A stretch of DNA of 32,000 bases from Synechococcus sp. A15-28 (GTDB lineage: Bacteria; Cyanobacteriota; Cyanobacteriia; PCC-6307; Cyanobiaceae): the NCBI RefSeq assembly GCF_014280175.1, contig NZ_CP047931.1, positions 1,530,001-1,562,000 on the forward strand, given 5' to 3'. The notes below the pieces were generated by a model, which ran no database searches, was not told the DNA's origin, and worked only from the letters and a program-made list of their open reading frames with translations. Positions within the stretch are counted from its first letter, which is position 1. Each line of letters opens with the position of its first letter. Positions 10,068 through 20,323 of the stretch are shown one piece after another. The position numbers and the translations under genes were made by a program.

Positions 10068-11902
10068 TGGGGGCAGAAGCGATGTTCATGGGCGGTGGTG
10101 GCGCCACAGGAGCCACAGGTTCGCGTCGTGCCCATCGCCAGCTCGGGATGGGAGGGGAGTCCCACCATCTGGGCATTGCTCTTGCCTGGGGGAACCATCG
10201 GGTAACAGTTCTCTCCGCGCCTCACATGCACGTCGATCATCATCGGAGTCGGTGATTGCAACGCTGCTGCGAGATCGCGGTGCAGGGCCTCACGCTCGGT
10301 GATCTTGACGCCATCCACACCGAAGGAACGGGCCAGGGCAATGAAATCGGGCATGCCGTTCAGCATGTCGGAAGAGGAGTAGCGCTCCTCATAAAAGCTT
10401 TCCTGCCACTGACGCACCATGCCCTGCCAGTGGTTGTTCACGATCACCACCTTCACGGGCAACCCGTAGGCCGCCAGGGTTCCGAGCTCCTGGATGTTCA
10501 TTAGGATGCTAGCATCGCCGGCGATGCAAACCACCTGACGGTCCGGCATGGCCACCTGGGCCCCCATCGCGGCCGGCATCCCAAAACCCATGGTCCCCAG
10601 GCCGGCACTGCTGATCCAGCCCCTGGGACCGTTGCGCAGGTACTGGGCGGCCCACATTTGATGCTGACCGACATCTGTGGTGACGATCGCGTCGGGGGCC
10701 AGATCCCTCACCGCCAGAAGCACTTCCTGGGGGTAGATCGCCCCTTCCGTCGGAGGAATCGTGAGGGGATAACGCTCCTTCCAGGTGTTGATGCGCTCCA
10801 GCCAGGCCGCTGTGCGGGGTTCCGCCGTGCGCTGGAGACTGATCTCCACCATCCGCGCCAGGCTCAGCCCGAGATCGCCCAGGACGGCCACATCAGCCCG
10901 GCGGTTCTTGCCGATCTCCGCCGGATCGATCTCGAAGTGCACCACCCGGGCCCGGGGCGCGAAGGTGTCCAGTTTTCCGGTGACACGGTCATCAAACCGG
11001 GCCCCCACAGCGATCAACAGGTCGCACTCGGTGACGGCGAAGTTGGCGTAGGCGGTGCCGTGCATGCCCAGCATGCCCACAGAAAGTGAATCGTTCTCAT
11101 CAAAAGCACCTTTGCCCATCAGGGTGGTCGTGACCGGCAGCTGATAGCGCTCGGCCAACAAGCGGAGACTGTCGTGGGCGCCGGCTGAGATCGCGCCACC
11201 ACCGACGTACAGCAGCGGACGTTGGGCCTGCTCGATCAGATCGAGCGCCGCCGCCACGGCCGTATCCAGCGGGGGCTCAGGCCGATGGAAACCGCCTGGG
11301 ATAACGGAACCGGGCTCCACCGGCACGTAATTGAAGTGTTCCTGCCCCACATCCTTGGGAATGTCGATCAGCACCGGACCGGGGCGTCCGCTGGCGGCGA
11401 TCAGGAACGCCTGAGCCACGATCGACCCGAGGTCAGCCGGGTCACGCACCACCCAGGAGTGCTTCACGATCGGCAGGGTGATGCCGAAAATATCGGTTTC
11501 CTGAAAGGCGTCGGTCCCGATGGCCGGGCGGGGGACCTGCCCGGTGATCACCACCATCGGCACGGAATCCATCTGGGCCGTGGCGATGCCCGTCACCAGG
11601 TTGGTGGCCCCTGGACCAGAGGTTCCGAAACAGACACCCACCTTGCCGGTGGCCCGTGCGTAGGCATCAGCGGCATGGGTTCCCGCCTGCTCGTGGCGCA
11701 CCAGGATGTGCTTCACCCAGCCTTCGCTCTCAGCGATGTGCAGGGCGTCATATATCGGCAGGATCGCCCCGCCCGGGTAACCGAAGATCGTGTCCACCCC
11801 ATGTCGCCGCAACGCATCCATCAGGGCTTCCGCGCCGCTGATGGTCTGAGGCGTATCGGAATCCAGTCCACCGACAACCGTTGATGCGGAAGTAAGGGTC
11901 AC
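10049..11902 (-). CDS. ilvB: Acetolactate synthase large subunit (biosynthetic)
   Basis: 617 aa. FGYPGGAILPIYDAL, RHEQAGTHAADAYARATGKVGVC, GDASILMNIQELGTLAAYGLPVKVVIVNN (ThDP motif) and GMVRQWQESFYEERYS. Confidence 0.96.
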   Translation of the reverse strand: MTLTSASTVVGGLDSDTPQTISGAEALMDALRRHGVDTIFGYPGGAILPIYDALHIAESEGWVKHILVRHEQAGTHAADAYARATGKVGVCFGTSGPGATNLVTGIATAQMDSVPMVVITGQVPRPAIGTDAFQETDIFGITLPIVKHSWVVRDPADLGSIVAQAFLIAASGRPGPVLIDIPKDVGQEHFNYVPVEPGSVIPGGFHRPEPPLDTAVAAALDLIEQAQRPLLYVGGGAISAGAHDSLRLLAERYQLPVTTTLMGKGAFDENDSLSVGMLGMHGTAYANFAVTECDLLIAVGARFDDRVTGKLDTFAPRARVVHFEIDPAEIGKNRRADVAVLGDLGLSLARMVEISLQRTAEPRTAAWLERINTWKERYPLTIPPTEGAIYPQEVLLAVRDLAPDAIVTTDVGQHQMWAAQYLRNGPRGWISSAGLGTMGFGMPAAMGAQVAMPDRQVVCIAGDASILMNIQELGTLAAYGLPVKVVIVNNHWQGMVRQWQESFYEERYSSSDMLNGMPDFIALARSFGVDGVKITEREALHRDLAAALQSPTPMMIDVHVRRGENCYPMVPPGKSNAQMVGLPSHPELAMGTTRTCGSCGATTAHEHRFCPQCGASL

Positions 11903-11930
11903 GGCAACTGGTCAGGAATGACCCTCAAGG

Positions 11931-12467
11931 TTAAGGGCCTGCAGCTCCTCTGGCTCGGTGGCTTCGGATCATGGCCCTGAGAATCAGCGCCGGATCGAGC
12001 CATTTCCCCTCGTATTGAATTCCCCAGTGCAGGTGCGGGCCGCTGGTGCGCCCGGTCATACCCACCTGCCATATCACCTGCCCCGCCTGAACAGCCTGGC
12101 CTGAGCGCATCCGCTGCTGCTGCAGATGGCAGTAGATGTGCTCGTAACCACCGGAGGCCACCACAACGCCGATGCCGCATGACGCGTCATGGATGGTGTC
12201 CACGACCCGGCCGGACCACCAACTGAGCACAGGGGACCCCAACGGTGCTGCGATATCAAGACCGGTATGGGGTCTCAATTGACCATCCCCGCCGCGGCGA
12301 AGACCGAAATGACTGGTGTACCCGTCGAACACAGCAATGGGAAACACCCCGGCGCTCCAGCGGACATCCGCCTGAGCCGGCAAAACGCTTGAAACGAGCC
12401 CAAAGGTGACGAGAGCCCCGAGCAGCGACTCAGAGCAGGCCGAGAGCATGCAGCGGGCCATGGCCAC
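11931..12467 (-). CDS. M23-family metallopeptidase (LytM/peptidoglycan endopeptidase-like)
   Basis: 178 aa. [25 protein letters not shown]...[13 protein letters not shown]...[21 protein letters not shown] (HxxxD and HxH motifs). Confidence 0.87.
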   Translation of the reverse strand: MAMARCMLSACSESLLGALVTFGLVSSVLPAQADVRWSAGVFPIAVFDGYTSHFGLRRGGDGQLRPHTGLDIAAPLGSPVLSWWSGRVVDTIHDASCGIGVVVASGGYEHIYCHLQQQRMRSGQAVQAGQVIWQVGMTGRTSGPHLHWGIQYEGKWLDPALILRAMIRSHRARGAAGP

Positions 12468-13605
12468 TGATCAGCTCCAACAGGAAAGCGGAAAAACCGA
12501 GCATGGCCAGGCGTCCGTTCCAGACCTCGGAACTGTTGTTCCAACCCCATTCCCATTTCTCCTGGGGATACAGCTTCACCTTGGTGGGCAGTTCCGCAGC
12601 TGCATCGAGGCTCACCTCAGGCCCCTCCAGACTGCTGGTCACCAGATCCGCCAGACCCTCAATGAAGGGGGGATAGGTATCGAGGGCTCGCACCCGGCGG
12701 AAATTGACCACCCCGGCTTCGGTCGCCAGCTCCCGGTATTCGATGTCGATTTCCTCAAGCGTCTCGATGTGCTCGCTGACGAAGCTGATCGGCACCACCA
12801 CCAGATCGTTCGTCTTGGCCTCTCCCAGCTGCTCGAGCGCCTCCTCGGTGTAGGGCTTCAGCCACTCCACCGGACCCACTCGGCTCTGGTAAGCCAGGGT
12901 GTGGGGGTTGGCGTGGCCCATGTGCTCCGCCAGAGATTTCATGATCAGGTCCGTGCAGGCCTCGATCTGCTGCTGATAGGGGTCTCCGGCTTCCTCCACA
13001 TAACTCTTGGGGACGCCGTGGGCACTGAAAAAGACATGGGCCTTTTCCGGGTCATCGCTGTTGCGCACTTCTTCCGCAATCAGCTCAGCCATCGCCTTGA
13101 TGTAGCCGGAGTGATCGAACCAGCTTCGGATGCAGCGAATCGGCAGCTGCTCGAAGGCAGCGTCTCCCTGACGCAGCCGCTGCAGTTCCCGGAAGCTGGA
13201 TCCGCTGGTGCTGATGGAGAAGTGGGGATAAAGAGGCAGCACCACCACCTCATCCATGCCATCCGCCTTCATGTCCGCCACGGCGGATTCCGTGAAGGGA
13301 TGCCAGTACCGCATCGCGACGTAGGTGGTGGCGTCGAGTCCCCGCTGACGCAGCAAACTCTGCAGTTCCCGTGCCTGCTGCTCGGTGATCCTGCGCAGCG
13401 GTGAACCTCCACCGATCGAGCGGTAGGCCTCCTGGGATTTGCCGCTGCGCAGCGTGCTGATCAACCAGGCCAGAGGTTTCTGCAGCGCTGGGCTGGGCAA
13501 CCGGATGATCTCCGGATCAGCAAACAGGTTGTAGAGAAATGGGCCGACATCCTGAATGCGTTCGGGTCCCCCCAGATTCAGCAGGACGACGCCGACGCGG
13601 GACAT
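12430..13605 (-). CDS. hemH: Ferrochelatase with C-terminal chlorophyll a/b-binding-like (CAB/HLIP) segment
   Basis: Probable start at ATG 13605: [34 protein letters not shown]... (391 aa), [20 protein letters not shown]-terminus [21 protein letters not shown]. The track ORF extends further upstream without similarity. Confidence 0.95.
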   Translation of the reverse strand: MSRVGVVLLNLGGPERIQDVGPFLYNLFADPEIIRLPSPALQKPLAWLISTLRSGKSQEAYRSIGGGSPLRRITEQQARELQSLLRQRGLDATTYVAMRYWHPFTESAVADMKADGMDEVVVLPLYPHFSISTSGSSFRELQRLRQGDAAFEQLPIRCIRSWFDHSGYIKAMAELIAEEVRNSDDPEKAHVFFSAHGVPKSYVEEAGDPYQQQIEACTDLIMKSLAEHMGHANPHTLAYQSRVGPVEWLKPYTEEALEQLGEAKTNDLVVVPISFVSEHIETLEEIDIEYRELATEAGVVNFRRVRALDTYPPFIEGLADLVTSSLEGPEVSLDAAAELPTKVKLYPQEKWEWGWNNSSEVWNGRLAMLGFSAFLLELISGHGPLHALGLL

Positions 13606-13629
13606 GCCAACAATCATGAAATCAGGGGG

Positions 13630-14820
13630 TTGAGCGTAACCCGCGTCAACGTCATGGTGGGCGCCGAAGCCACAGTCATGGACCTTCGCAACAGCCTGAA
13701 CCTCCTCAACACACAGCTGGCGGTCCAGGGGACGCGCTTGCGCATTGAGCAACGGGGCCAGACCCTCAACCTCAGAGGCCCCCTGCCGCTGCGGGATGCC
13801 CCGTCCACATTCAAGGTGCAGCGGATCAGTCTCGGGCTTCAGGCCGATGCCGCTGGCCTGCAGGAGGCCAAGGAGACCCTGGACCAGGTTCAGCGTCAGC
13901 TGGATCGCGACCGATTCAACTGGGAGGACTGGCAGATCCCCCAGCGCCGACCCACCGGACCTGGAGCCGACGCAGCGATCCGCACGTTTGAGGAAGCCTT
14001 TTTCAAGGACCCACGCCGCCGCCGCGCCGCCGCCGGTAGCCGCACCACCTGGAGTGGGGCCTATCTGCCCTATCTCAGACGGCTGAGCCGCTTCAGCGGC
14101 GAGGCCCCCCTCAACGCTGCCTTGCTGCTTCAAACCTTGCGCAGTTACGAGGAGGGAAGTCGCAGTCGCCAGCAATGTTCGACGGCCCTGACGGCCCTGG
14201 CTCGCCACGTCGGTGTTGCCTTGCCGGAGGACTGGCGGGAGGAAGCCGGCGGCTACGGCCTGCATCGAGCCCGCTTCCGGCAGCTGCCCACGGATGCACA
14301 GATCCTCGAAGCAGTGCTGAAGATCCCGAACCCTCGCTGGCGACTGGCCTACGGCTTGATGGCCACCTATGGATTACGGAATCACGAGATTTTCTACTGC
14401 GATCTCAGTGCTTTGGCCGATCAGGGTGACCGGGTGATCCGGGTGCTGCCCACCACCAAAACAGGAGAACACCAGGTGTGGCCGTTTCAGCCGGAGTGGG
14501 TGGACCGCTTCAGCCTCTCCACCCTCGGGGGCAGTCAGGGTGCGCTGCCCCGGATCCAGACCGATCTACGCCGCACCACGCTGCAGCAGGTCGGACGACG
14601 GGTGAGCGAACAGTTCCGCCGCTACGACTTGCCCATAACGCCCTATGACCTGCGCCATGCCTGGGCTGTGCGCACCATCCACATCGGACTTCCCGATACG
14701 GTGGCCGCCAGGATGATGGGGCATTCCGTGGCCATCCACACGCGGACGTATCACCACTGGATCACGCGTCGTGATCAACAGCAGGCGGTGGACGCGGCGT
14801 TGGCGCGTCAGCAGGCCTGA
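13630..14820 (+). CDS. Tyrosine recombinase / phage-integrase-family protein
   Basis: 396 aa. YGLRNHEI (box I Arg), TTKTGEH (Lys), [10 protein letters not shown] (box II), [15 protein letters not shown] (His plus Tyr nucleophile). Integrase-like N-terminal region. Exact start uncertain (TTG in track; ATG options downstream). Confidence 0.85.
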   Translation: MSVTRVNVMVGAEATVMDLRNSLNLLNTQLAVQGTRLRIEQRGQTLNLRGPLPLRDAPSTFKVQRISLGLQADAAGLQEAKETLDQVQRQLDRDRFNWEDWQIPQRRPTGPGADAAIRTFEEAFFKDPRRRRAAAGSRTTWSGAYLPYLRRLSRFSGEAPLNAALLLQTLRSYEEGSRSRQQCSTALTALARHVGVALPEDWREEAGGYGLHRARFRQLPTDAQILEAVLKIPNPRWRLAYGLMATYGLRNHEIFYCDLSALADQGDRVIRVLPTTKTGEHQVWPFQPEWVDRFSLSTLGGSQGALPRIQTDLRRTTLQQVGRRVSEQFRRYDLPITPYDLRHAWAVRTIHIGLPDTVAARMMGHSVAIHTRTYHHWITRRDQQQAVDAALARQQA

Positions 14821-15467
14821 TGAGTTCCTTTCTACGGCCACTGGCCTATCGCCATCGCTGGATCTACGACCTGGTGACCGCCGTCTCGTCGTTGAGTGTG
14901 GGCGGCGTGGACCGACTGCGGGGGCTTGGGTTGGAAGCCTTACGCCCCCATTTAAAACCCGAAGCGACCGTGCTGGACCTCTGCTGCGGCAGCGGCGAGG
15001 CAGCTGCCCCCTGGCTTGAGGCCGGCTTCCGTGTGACGGGCCTTGACATCTCGCCCCGTGCCCTGGCCCTTGCAGCTCAGCGGTATCCAGCGATGGAGCG
15101 GGTGGAGGGGTTGGCAGAGGACCCACCTTTGAAAGAGGCCAGCTTCGCGGCCATCCAAATGAGCGTGGCGCTGCATGAATTCCCCCGAACGGACCGGGAA
15201 GCGGTGCTGACGAGCTGTCTGCGATTGCTGCAGCCCGGTGGCTCGTTGGTGCTTGTGGACCTGCACCCGGCTGGACCCTGGCTTCGTCTGCCGCAACGGC
15301 TGTTCTGCGCCCTGTTTGAAACGGACACGGCCACGGCCATGCTGGAGGACGACCTCCCCTCCCAGCTTGAGCGGATTGGATTCACTGCGGTGAATCAAGA
15401 CCTGCTGGCGGGCCAGGCTCTGCAGCGAATCACCGCAACCCGTCCCCGAACCAGCGCGACCCCATGA
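14820..15467 (+). CDS. Class I SAM-dependent methyltransferase
   Basis: 215 aa. ATVLDLCCGSGEAAAPWLEAGFRVTGLDISPRAL, LRLLQPGGSLVLVDLHPAG. Start overlaps the upstream stop (TGATG). Confidence 0.88.
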   Translation: MSSFLRPLAYRHRWIYDLVTAVSSLSVGGVDRLRGLGLEALRPHLKPEATVLDLCCGSGEAAAPWLEAGFRVTGLDISPRALALAAQRYPAMERVEGLAEDPPLKEASFAAIQMSVALHEFPRTDREAVLTSCLRLLQPGGSLVLVDLHPAGPWLRLPQRLFCALFETDTATAMLEDDLPSQLERIGFTAVNQDLLAGQALQRITATRPRTSATP

Positions 15468-16129
15468 GCACAAGCGATCTCGATCAGTCCGCCGCCGAAC
15501 TGGGCATGGGAGGCAAGCTCGCCCCCGAACCGGACGATGCCGGTTATCGCAAGCGGATGGAGCGGCGCCAGCAAGTGCAGAAGCAACGGGTGGAGGAACG
15601 CAACAAGGAAAAAGGTCTGGTCCTTGTGTTCACCGGCCAGGGCAAGGGCAAGACCACTGCTGGGCTGGGCCTGGTGCTTCGCACCCTTGGCCATGGCGAG
15701 CGGGTCGCGATTGTGCAGTTCATCAAGGGGGGGTGGGAACCCGGAGAAGCACGCGCCCTCAAAGCCTTCAGGGATCAGGTGAGCTGGCATGCCCTTGGAG
15801 AGGGATTCACCTGGGAGACCCAGGACCGGGAACGGGACCAGCAACTGGTGGAAGCCGCCTGGCAGACCGCCCTCGGTTATCTGGGCGATGCTGCCGTGAG
15901 ACTGGTGCTGCTCGATGAACTGAATGTGGCGCTGAAGCTCGGTTACATCAGCACCGAAACGGTGATTGCCGGACTCGATGAACGCCCGGAGCTCACCCAT
16001 GTCGCTGTGACAGGTCGAGGGGCACCCCCGGCCCTCGTGGAGCGAGCTGATCTCGTCACCGAGATGACCCTCGTGCACCACCCATTCCGCGAACAGGGCG
16101 TCAAGGCCCAGGCTGGAATCGAATACTGA
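15464..16129 (+). CDS. cobO: Corrinoid (cob(I)yrinic acid a,c-diamide) adenosyltransferase
   Basis: 221 aa. LVFTGQGKGKTTAGLGLVLRTLGHG P-loop, VRLVLLDELNVALKLGYI, LTHVAVTGRGAPPALVERADLVTEM. ATGA overlap with the upstream gene. Confidence 0.93.
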   Translation: MSTSDLDQSAAELGMGGKLAPEPDDAGYRKRMERRQQVQKQRVEERNKEKGLVLVFTGQGKGKTTAGLGLVLRTLGHGERVAIVQFIKGGWEPGEARALKAFRDQVSWHALGEGFTWETQDRERDQQLVEAAWQTALGYLGDAAVRLVLLDELNVALKLGYISTETVIAGLDERPELTHVAVTGRGAPPALVERADLVTEMTLVHHPFREQGVKAQAGIEY

Positions 16130-16132
16130 CGA

Positions 16133-16387
16133 TCAGGCCGCCGACTCCAGATCCTCGTTGAGGCGCTTGGTGGCTTCCGTCAACACCGAGAGACCACTCA
16201 CCAGAAGAGCCCGATGGACCACAGGATCCCTCCAGCAGGCTGGATCACGGCTGGCCCGTTCCAAAGCCGACAGGGTCAGCCTTGCCATCACACCGCTGTG
16301 GCTGCTGTCGGTCTCGGGCATCCGATCGGAACGGTTCACCCATCCAAACGAAACGCAGGTGATCTGACCAGTGCTTGCTACTGTCAT
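16133..16387 (-). CDS. Small hypothetical protein
   Basis: 84-aa ORF in the otherwise unoccupied gap between cobO and pyrH. Conservation unknown. True start probably downstream of the first ATG (e.g. [10 protein letters not shown] or [19 protein letters not shown]). Confidence 0.45.
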   Translation of the reverse strand: MTVASTGQITCVSFGWVNRSDRMPETDSSHSGVMARLTLSALERASRDPACWRDPVVHRALLVSGLSVLTEATKRLNEDLESAA

Positions 16388-16404
16388 TTGGATCTGGGAA
16401 CCGG

Positions 16405-17118
16405 ATGACCTATTCCCGTGTGCTGCTGAAGCTCAGCGGCGAAGCCCTGATGGGAACGCAGGGGTACGGAATCGACCCCGCCATCGTGAATTCCATCGCT
16501 TCCGACGTCGCCAAGGTGGTGGCCGATGGCACCCAGCTGGCCATCGTGGTCGGTGGCGGCAACATCTTCCGAGGTCTCAAGGGATCTGCCGCCGGAATGG
16601 AGCGGGCCACGGCGGACTACGTGGGCATGTTGGCCACGGTGATGAATGCCATCACCCTTCAAGACGGATTGGAGCGTGCCGGGGTCCCCACCCGGGTGCA
16701 GACGGCTATCGCCATGCAGGAAGTGGCTGAGCCTTACATCCGCCGCAAGGCGATGCGGCACCTGGAAAAAGGGCGGGTGGTGGTGTTCGGGGCAGGGTGT
16801 GGCAACCCCTTCTTCACCACCGACACCACCGCCGCCCTCCGTGCTGCGGAAATCAACGCTGATGTGGTGTTCAAAGCCACCAAGGTGGACGGCGTCTACG
16901 ACAAAGATCCGGCCAAGCATGCCGATGCCGTGAAGCACGCCCATCTCACCTATCAGGATGTGCTGAGCGGCGAACTGGCTGTGATGGACAGCACCGCCAT
17001 CGCGTTGTGCAAAGACAACAACATTCCGATCGTGGTCTTCAATCTGTTTGAACCTGGCAACATCGGCAGAGCCGTATCAGGAGAGCCGATCGGATCCCGC
17101 ATCGGCAATCCCGCCTGA
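16405..17118 (+). CDS. pyrH: Uridylate kinase (UMP kinase)
   Basis: Likely start at ATG 16405: [25 protein letters not shown]..., [42 protein letters not shown]. Confidence 0.96.
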   Translation: MTYSRVLLKLSGEALMGTQGYGIDPAIVNSIASDVAKVVADGTQLAIVVGGGNIFRGLKGSAAGMERATADYVGMLATVMNAITLQDGLERAGVPTRVQTAIAMQEVAEPYIRRKAMRHLEKGRVVVFGAGCGNPFFTTDTTAALRAAEINADVVFKATKVDGVYDKDPAKHADAVKHAHLTYQDVLSGELAVMDSTAIALCKDNNIPIVVFNLFEPGNIGRAVSGEPIGSRIGNPA

Positions 17119-17146
17119 CCACGCACGACTCCTTCCAGAGAACCCA

Positions 17147-17695
17147 ATGTCGATCAAGGACCTCGAAGCCAGCATGCGCAAGTCGGTGGAGGCCACCCAG
17201 CGCAACTTCAACACCATCCGCACCGGACGGGCCAACTCCTCCCTGCTCGATCGCATCAGCGTGGAGTACTACGGCGCGGAGACACCGCTGAAGTCCCTGG
17301 CCACCCTGTCGACGCCAGATTCACAGACCATCCAGATTCAGCCCTTTGACATCAGTGCTTTGGCATCGATCGAAAAGGCCATTGCCATGAGTGAACTGGG
17401 CTTCACCCCCAACAACGACGGCAAAATCATCCGGATCAACGTGCCGCCCCTCACCGAGGAACGCCGCAAGGAGTTCTGCAAGCTGGCCTCGAAATACGCT
17501 GAAGAGGGAAAAGTGGCCCTGCGCAACCTGCGTCGTGATGCCATCGACAAGATCAAGAAGCAGGAAAAAGACGGTGACTTGTCCGAAGATCAAAGTCGGG
17601 ATGAACAGGACGGGGTGCAGAAGACTCTCGACAAATTCATCGCCGAGCTCGAGAAGAATCTCGCCGACAAGGAAGCCGACATCCTCAAGGTGTGA
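17147..17695 (+). CDS. frr: Ribosome recycling factor
   Basis: Start at ATG 17147: [43 protein letters not shown]...[27 protein letters not shown]. Confidence 0.97.
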   Translation: MSIKDLEASMRKSVEATQRNFNTIRTGRANSSLLDRISVEYYGAETPLKSLATLSTPDSQTIQIQPFDISALASIEKAIAMSELGFTPNNDGKIIRINVPPLTEERRKEFCKLASKYAEEGKVALRNLRRDAIDKIKKQEKDGDLSEDQSRDEQDGVQKTLDKFIAELEKNLADKEADILKV

Positions 17696-18837
17696 GCATC
17701 GGTTCTGATCGGATCCACGACGCGCTGATTGTCGGATCCGGGGCTGCTGGTGGTGCAGCAGCTTTCCACTTGGCGGCTGCTGGACACGACGTGGTCGTGC
17801 TGGAACGCGACACGGAGCTGCGCATCAAGCCCTGCGGCGGTGGCATGGCCGCCTCCGTTCAGCAGTGGTTCCCTTTTTCGCTCGAGCCGGCGGTGGAGCA
17901 GGTGATCCGCCAGGTGGACTTCAGCTGGTGTTTGAACGACCCGGTGATCGCTGAGCTGCCGGGAGCGGCTCCGTTCTGGATTGTGCGGCGTGAGCTGCTG
18001 GATCAGTTGCTCAGTGAGCAGGCGATTCAGGCCGGTGTAGAGCGGATCAATGGGGTCGACGTGGATGATGTCACCCGCCAAGGTGACGTCTGGACGGTGA
18101 CGTCGACGGATCAGCGTCAATGGCGCGGCCGGAGCGTCGTGATCGCTGACGGCTCCCAGTCGCCATGGCCCCAACGGCTGGGCCTTGGAGCGAAGCAGCC
18201 TCAGACGGCCACCACCATGTCGGTGCGACTCAAGGGTCAAGGCAAACTCAGCGATGGCACCGCCCGCTTTGAATTCGGTCTTGTGAAACTGGGCTTCGCC
18301 TGGGCCTTCCCTCTGGCCGGCGGGGTCAACATCGGCGTGGGCAGCTTCATCGGCAAACAGGACGCCGACCCGGAACAGGTGTTGGCAGAACTGCTGCCGG
18401 ATCTGGGCTTCGCTGCCGATGCCGGCATCCGTCAGCGCGGCCAACTGCGGGTGTGGAATGGCCATCACCGGCTGGATGTCAACGGCATCGTGGTGGTGGG
18501 CGATGCGGCATCCCTGTGTGATCCGTTTCTGGCGGAAGGGTTGCGCCCGGCTCTGATGAGTGGCTGTGAAGCCGCTCTGCATCTCGACCGCTGGCTCAAG
18601 GGTGAGAGCCGTGATCTGCGCGGTTACACCCAAAGCATGCGCGAGCGCTGGGGCGAATCCATGGCCTGGGGCCGGCGCATCGCCCAGGTGTTTTATCGGT
18701 TCCCTGGGGTGGGGTATCAACTCGGGATCAAGCGACCAACGGCACCGCGCAGGATTGCCCAGATCCTCTCCGGCGAGATGGGATACGGCGACATTGCCCA
18801 ACGGGTGATTCGCCGGTTGTTGCTTCAACGCAACTAA
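17692..18837 (+). CDS. Geranylgeranyl-reductase-family FAD-dependent oxidoreductase
   Basis: 381 aa. [59 protein letters not shown] start with GTGA overlap with frr. Confidence 0.87.
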   Translation: MSIGSDRIHDALIVGSGAAGGAAAFHLAAAGHDVVVLERDTELRIKPCGGGMAASVQQWFPFSLEPAVEQVIRQVDFSWCLNDPVIAELPGAAPFWIVRRELLDQLLSEQAIQAGVERINGVDVDDVTRQGDVWTVTSTDQRQWRGRSVVIADGSQSPWPQRLGLGAKQPQTATTMSVRLKGQGKLSDGTARFEFGLVKLGFAWAFPLAGGVNIGVGSFIGKQDADPEQVLAELLPDLGFAADAGIRQRGQLRVWNGHHRLDVNGIVVVGDAASLCDPFLAEGLRPALMSGCEAALHLDRWLKGESRDLRGYTQSMRERWGESMAWGRRIAQVFYRFPGVGYQLGIKRPTAPRRIAQILSGEMGYGDIAQRVIRRLLLQRN

Positions 18838-20312
18838 AGTTCAAGGCTGAGCTGCAGACTGTCGTTGTCGGGCTGCTGTGGCTTTCGTCGTCGGCGTGCT
18901 GTCGTGGGCTTCAACCCCGCCTTGCGGGAGCCATGCCTGCGTTGAATCGCATCGGCATGGCGATCGAAACCTGTCGATCGACGAATCGCCCAGATGCGAT
19001 CTTTGGCCTCTTGCATCGAGGCGGTCACATCAACGATCGGGGTTGGCCCGCCCCCGCCGAGCATCCAGGGCTCATGGATGTGAACCGTCGGCACCTGCTT
19101 GAGTTCAGGGCACCACTGGCGAATGAACACCCCTTGAGGGTCGTGGTCCATGCCCTGTTTGATCGGGTTATAAATCCGAATCGTGTTGATCGAGGTGCTG
19201 CCCGACTGCATCTGGCACTGACTCCAGTGAATCCCAGGTTCGTAATCGACAAACTGGCGCGCCAGATGCAGGCCACTGTCCCGCCAGGGCAGCCAGAGGT
19301 TGTAACTAGCGAAGGACATCAACATCGCCCGCATGCGGAAATTGATCCAGCCATGGGCACGCAGGGCGCGCATGCAGGCGTCCACGAATGGGACGCCGGT
19401 GCGCCCTTCGCACCATGCCGCTAAACGCTCGCTATTCGCATCGCGAATGCCGCGCATGAAGGGGTGGAAATCGTTGAATTCAATCGCCGGCTGATCCTCC
19501 AGCTTCTGAATGAAGTGACAATGCCAGTGGAGACGCGATTCAAAACTGCTGACGCCGCGTCCGCTGTGGCGGCGGCTGGTCTGCAGCACCTCCCGCATCG
19601 ACAGACAGCCCCAGCTCAGATAAGCCGAAAGCCGGGAGCACCCGCTGAAGGCGGTGTTCGGACTCGACATGGCGCGTTGATAGCGCGGGGCCCGGCGTTG
19701 CAGAAAATCGCTCAAAACCCCCAGACCGCTCGACCGTCCACCCGTCTGCCGCTCCGGACAGCGATCCAAAGACAACTCTGCACAGGGCCGCTCGGGGATC
19801 ACGCCAGGATCCATGCCCTCCAAAAGATGAAAACCAGCAGGCGCTGGTGCGATGGGCTCTGTCATCTGAACCTCCCAGCGCTTGGCCCAGCCATTACGGC
19901 TGCGCATCCGGCGTGTCACCCCGAACTGAGGGATTTCCGTCCAGACGATGCCGTGCTGACGAGCCCAGGCCCCCACACGTTTGTCGCGCTGATAGGTCCA
20001 GCCGTTGCCGGTTTCCTCATGGCTCCACAACCCAGCGATGCCGAACTGGCGTCGGGCCCGCTCGAGCACCTGCACCACATCGCCGATCCTCACCACCAAC
20101 GGTTGGCCCAGATCCGCGAGGGTCTGACGAAGCTCCAGCAACGACTCCCGACAGAACAACCACTGCCGTTCGGAGGCATCGGGTTGCTGCCAGAGCTCGG
20201 GTTCCACCACGTACAGCGGAAGCACAGCGCCACGCTCAGATGCCTCCAGCAGAGGCCGGTGATCGTCAACCCGCAGATCGCGCTTGAACCAGACGACCTG
20301 CAGGGACGACAA
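18834..20312 (-). CDS. DNA photolyase / cryptochrome family protein
   Basis: 492 aa. [19 protein letters not shown] at the N-terminus; [29 protein letters not shown]...[44 protein letters not shown] at the C-terminus. TTG start. Confidence 0.9.
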   Translation of the reverse strand: MSSLQVVWFKRDLRVDDHRPLLEASERGAVLPLYVVEPELWQQPDASERQWLFCRESLLELRQTLADLGQPLVVRIGDVVQVLERARRQFGIAGLWSHEETGNGWTYQRDKRVGAWARQHGIVWTEIPQFGVTRRMRSRNGWAKRWEVQMTEPIAPAPAGFHLLEGMDPGVIPERPCAELSLDRCPERQTGGRSSGLGVLSDFLQRRAPRYQRAMSSPNTAFSGCSRLSAYLSWGCLSMREVLQTSRRHSGRGVSSFESRLHWHCHFIQKLEDQPAIEFNDFHPFMRGIRDANSERLAAWCEGRTGVPFVDACMRALRAHGWINFRMRAMLMSFASYNLWLPWRDSGLHLARQFVDYEPGIHWSQCQMQSGSTSINTIRIYNPIKQGMDHDPQGVFIRQWCPELKQVPTVHIHEPWMLGGGGPTPIVDVTASMQEAKDRIWAIRRSTGFDRHADAIQRRHGSRKAGLKPTTARRRRKPQQPDNDSLQLSLEL

Positions 20313-20313
20313 A

Positions 20314-20323
20314 GGGGGGGGGG
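20314..20323. repeat. G10 (C10 on minus strand) homopolymer
   Basis: aaaggggggggggtcag: ten consecutive G between the stop codon of the cNMP-domain gene and the photolyase TTG start. Confidence 0.8.

Noticed and set aside
12406-13404. 332-aa plus-strand ORF opposite hemH
   Set aside because: hemH on the minus strand is unambiguous and the plus-strand translation has no recognisable motifs.
13606-14265. N-terminal extension of the hemH ORF to 14265 in the track
   Set aside because: Ferrochelatase homology begins at [14 protein letters not shown] (13605); the extension overlaps the plus-strand recombinase and has no hemH-like sequence.
13630-14820. Prophage or integrative element anchored by the integrase-like gene
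   Set aside because: Neighbours are hemH, a methyltransferase and cobO. I saw no att-like direct repeats, tRNA gene or phage structural genes.
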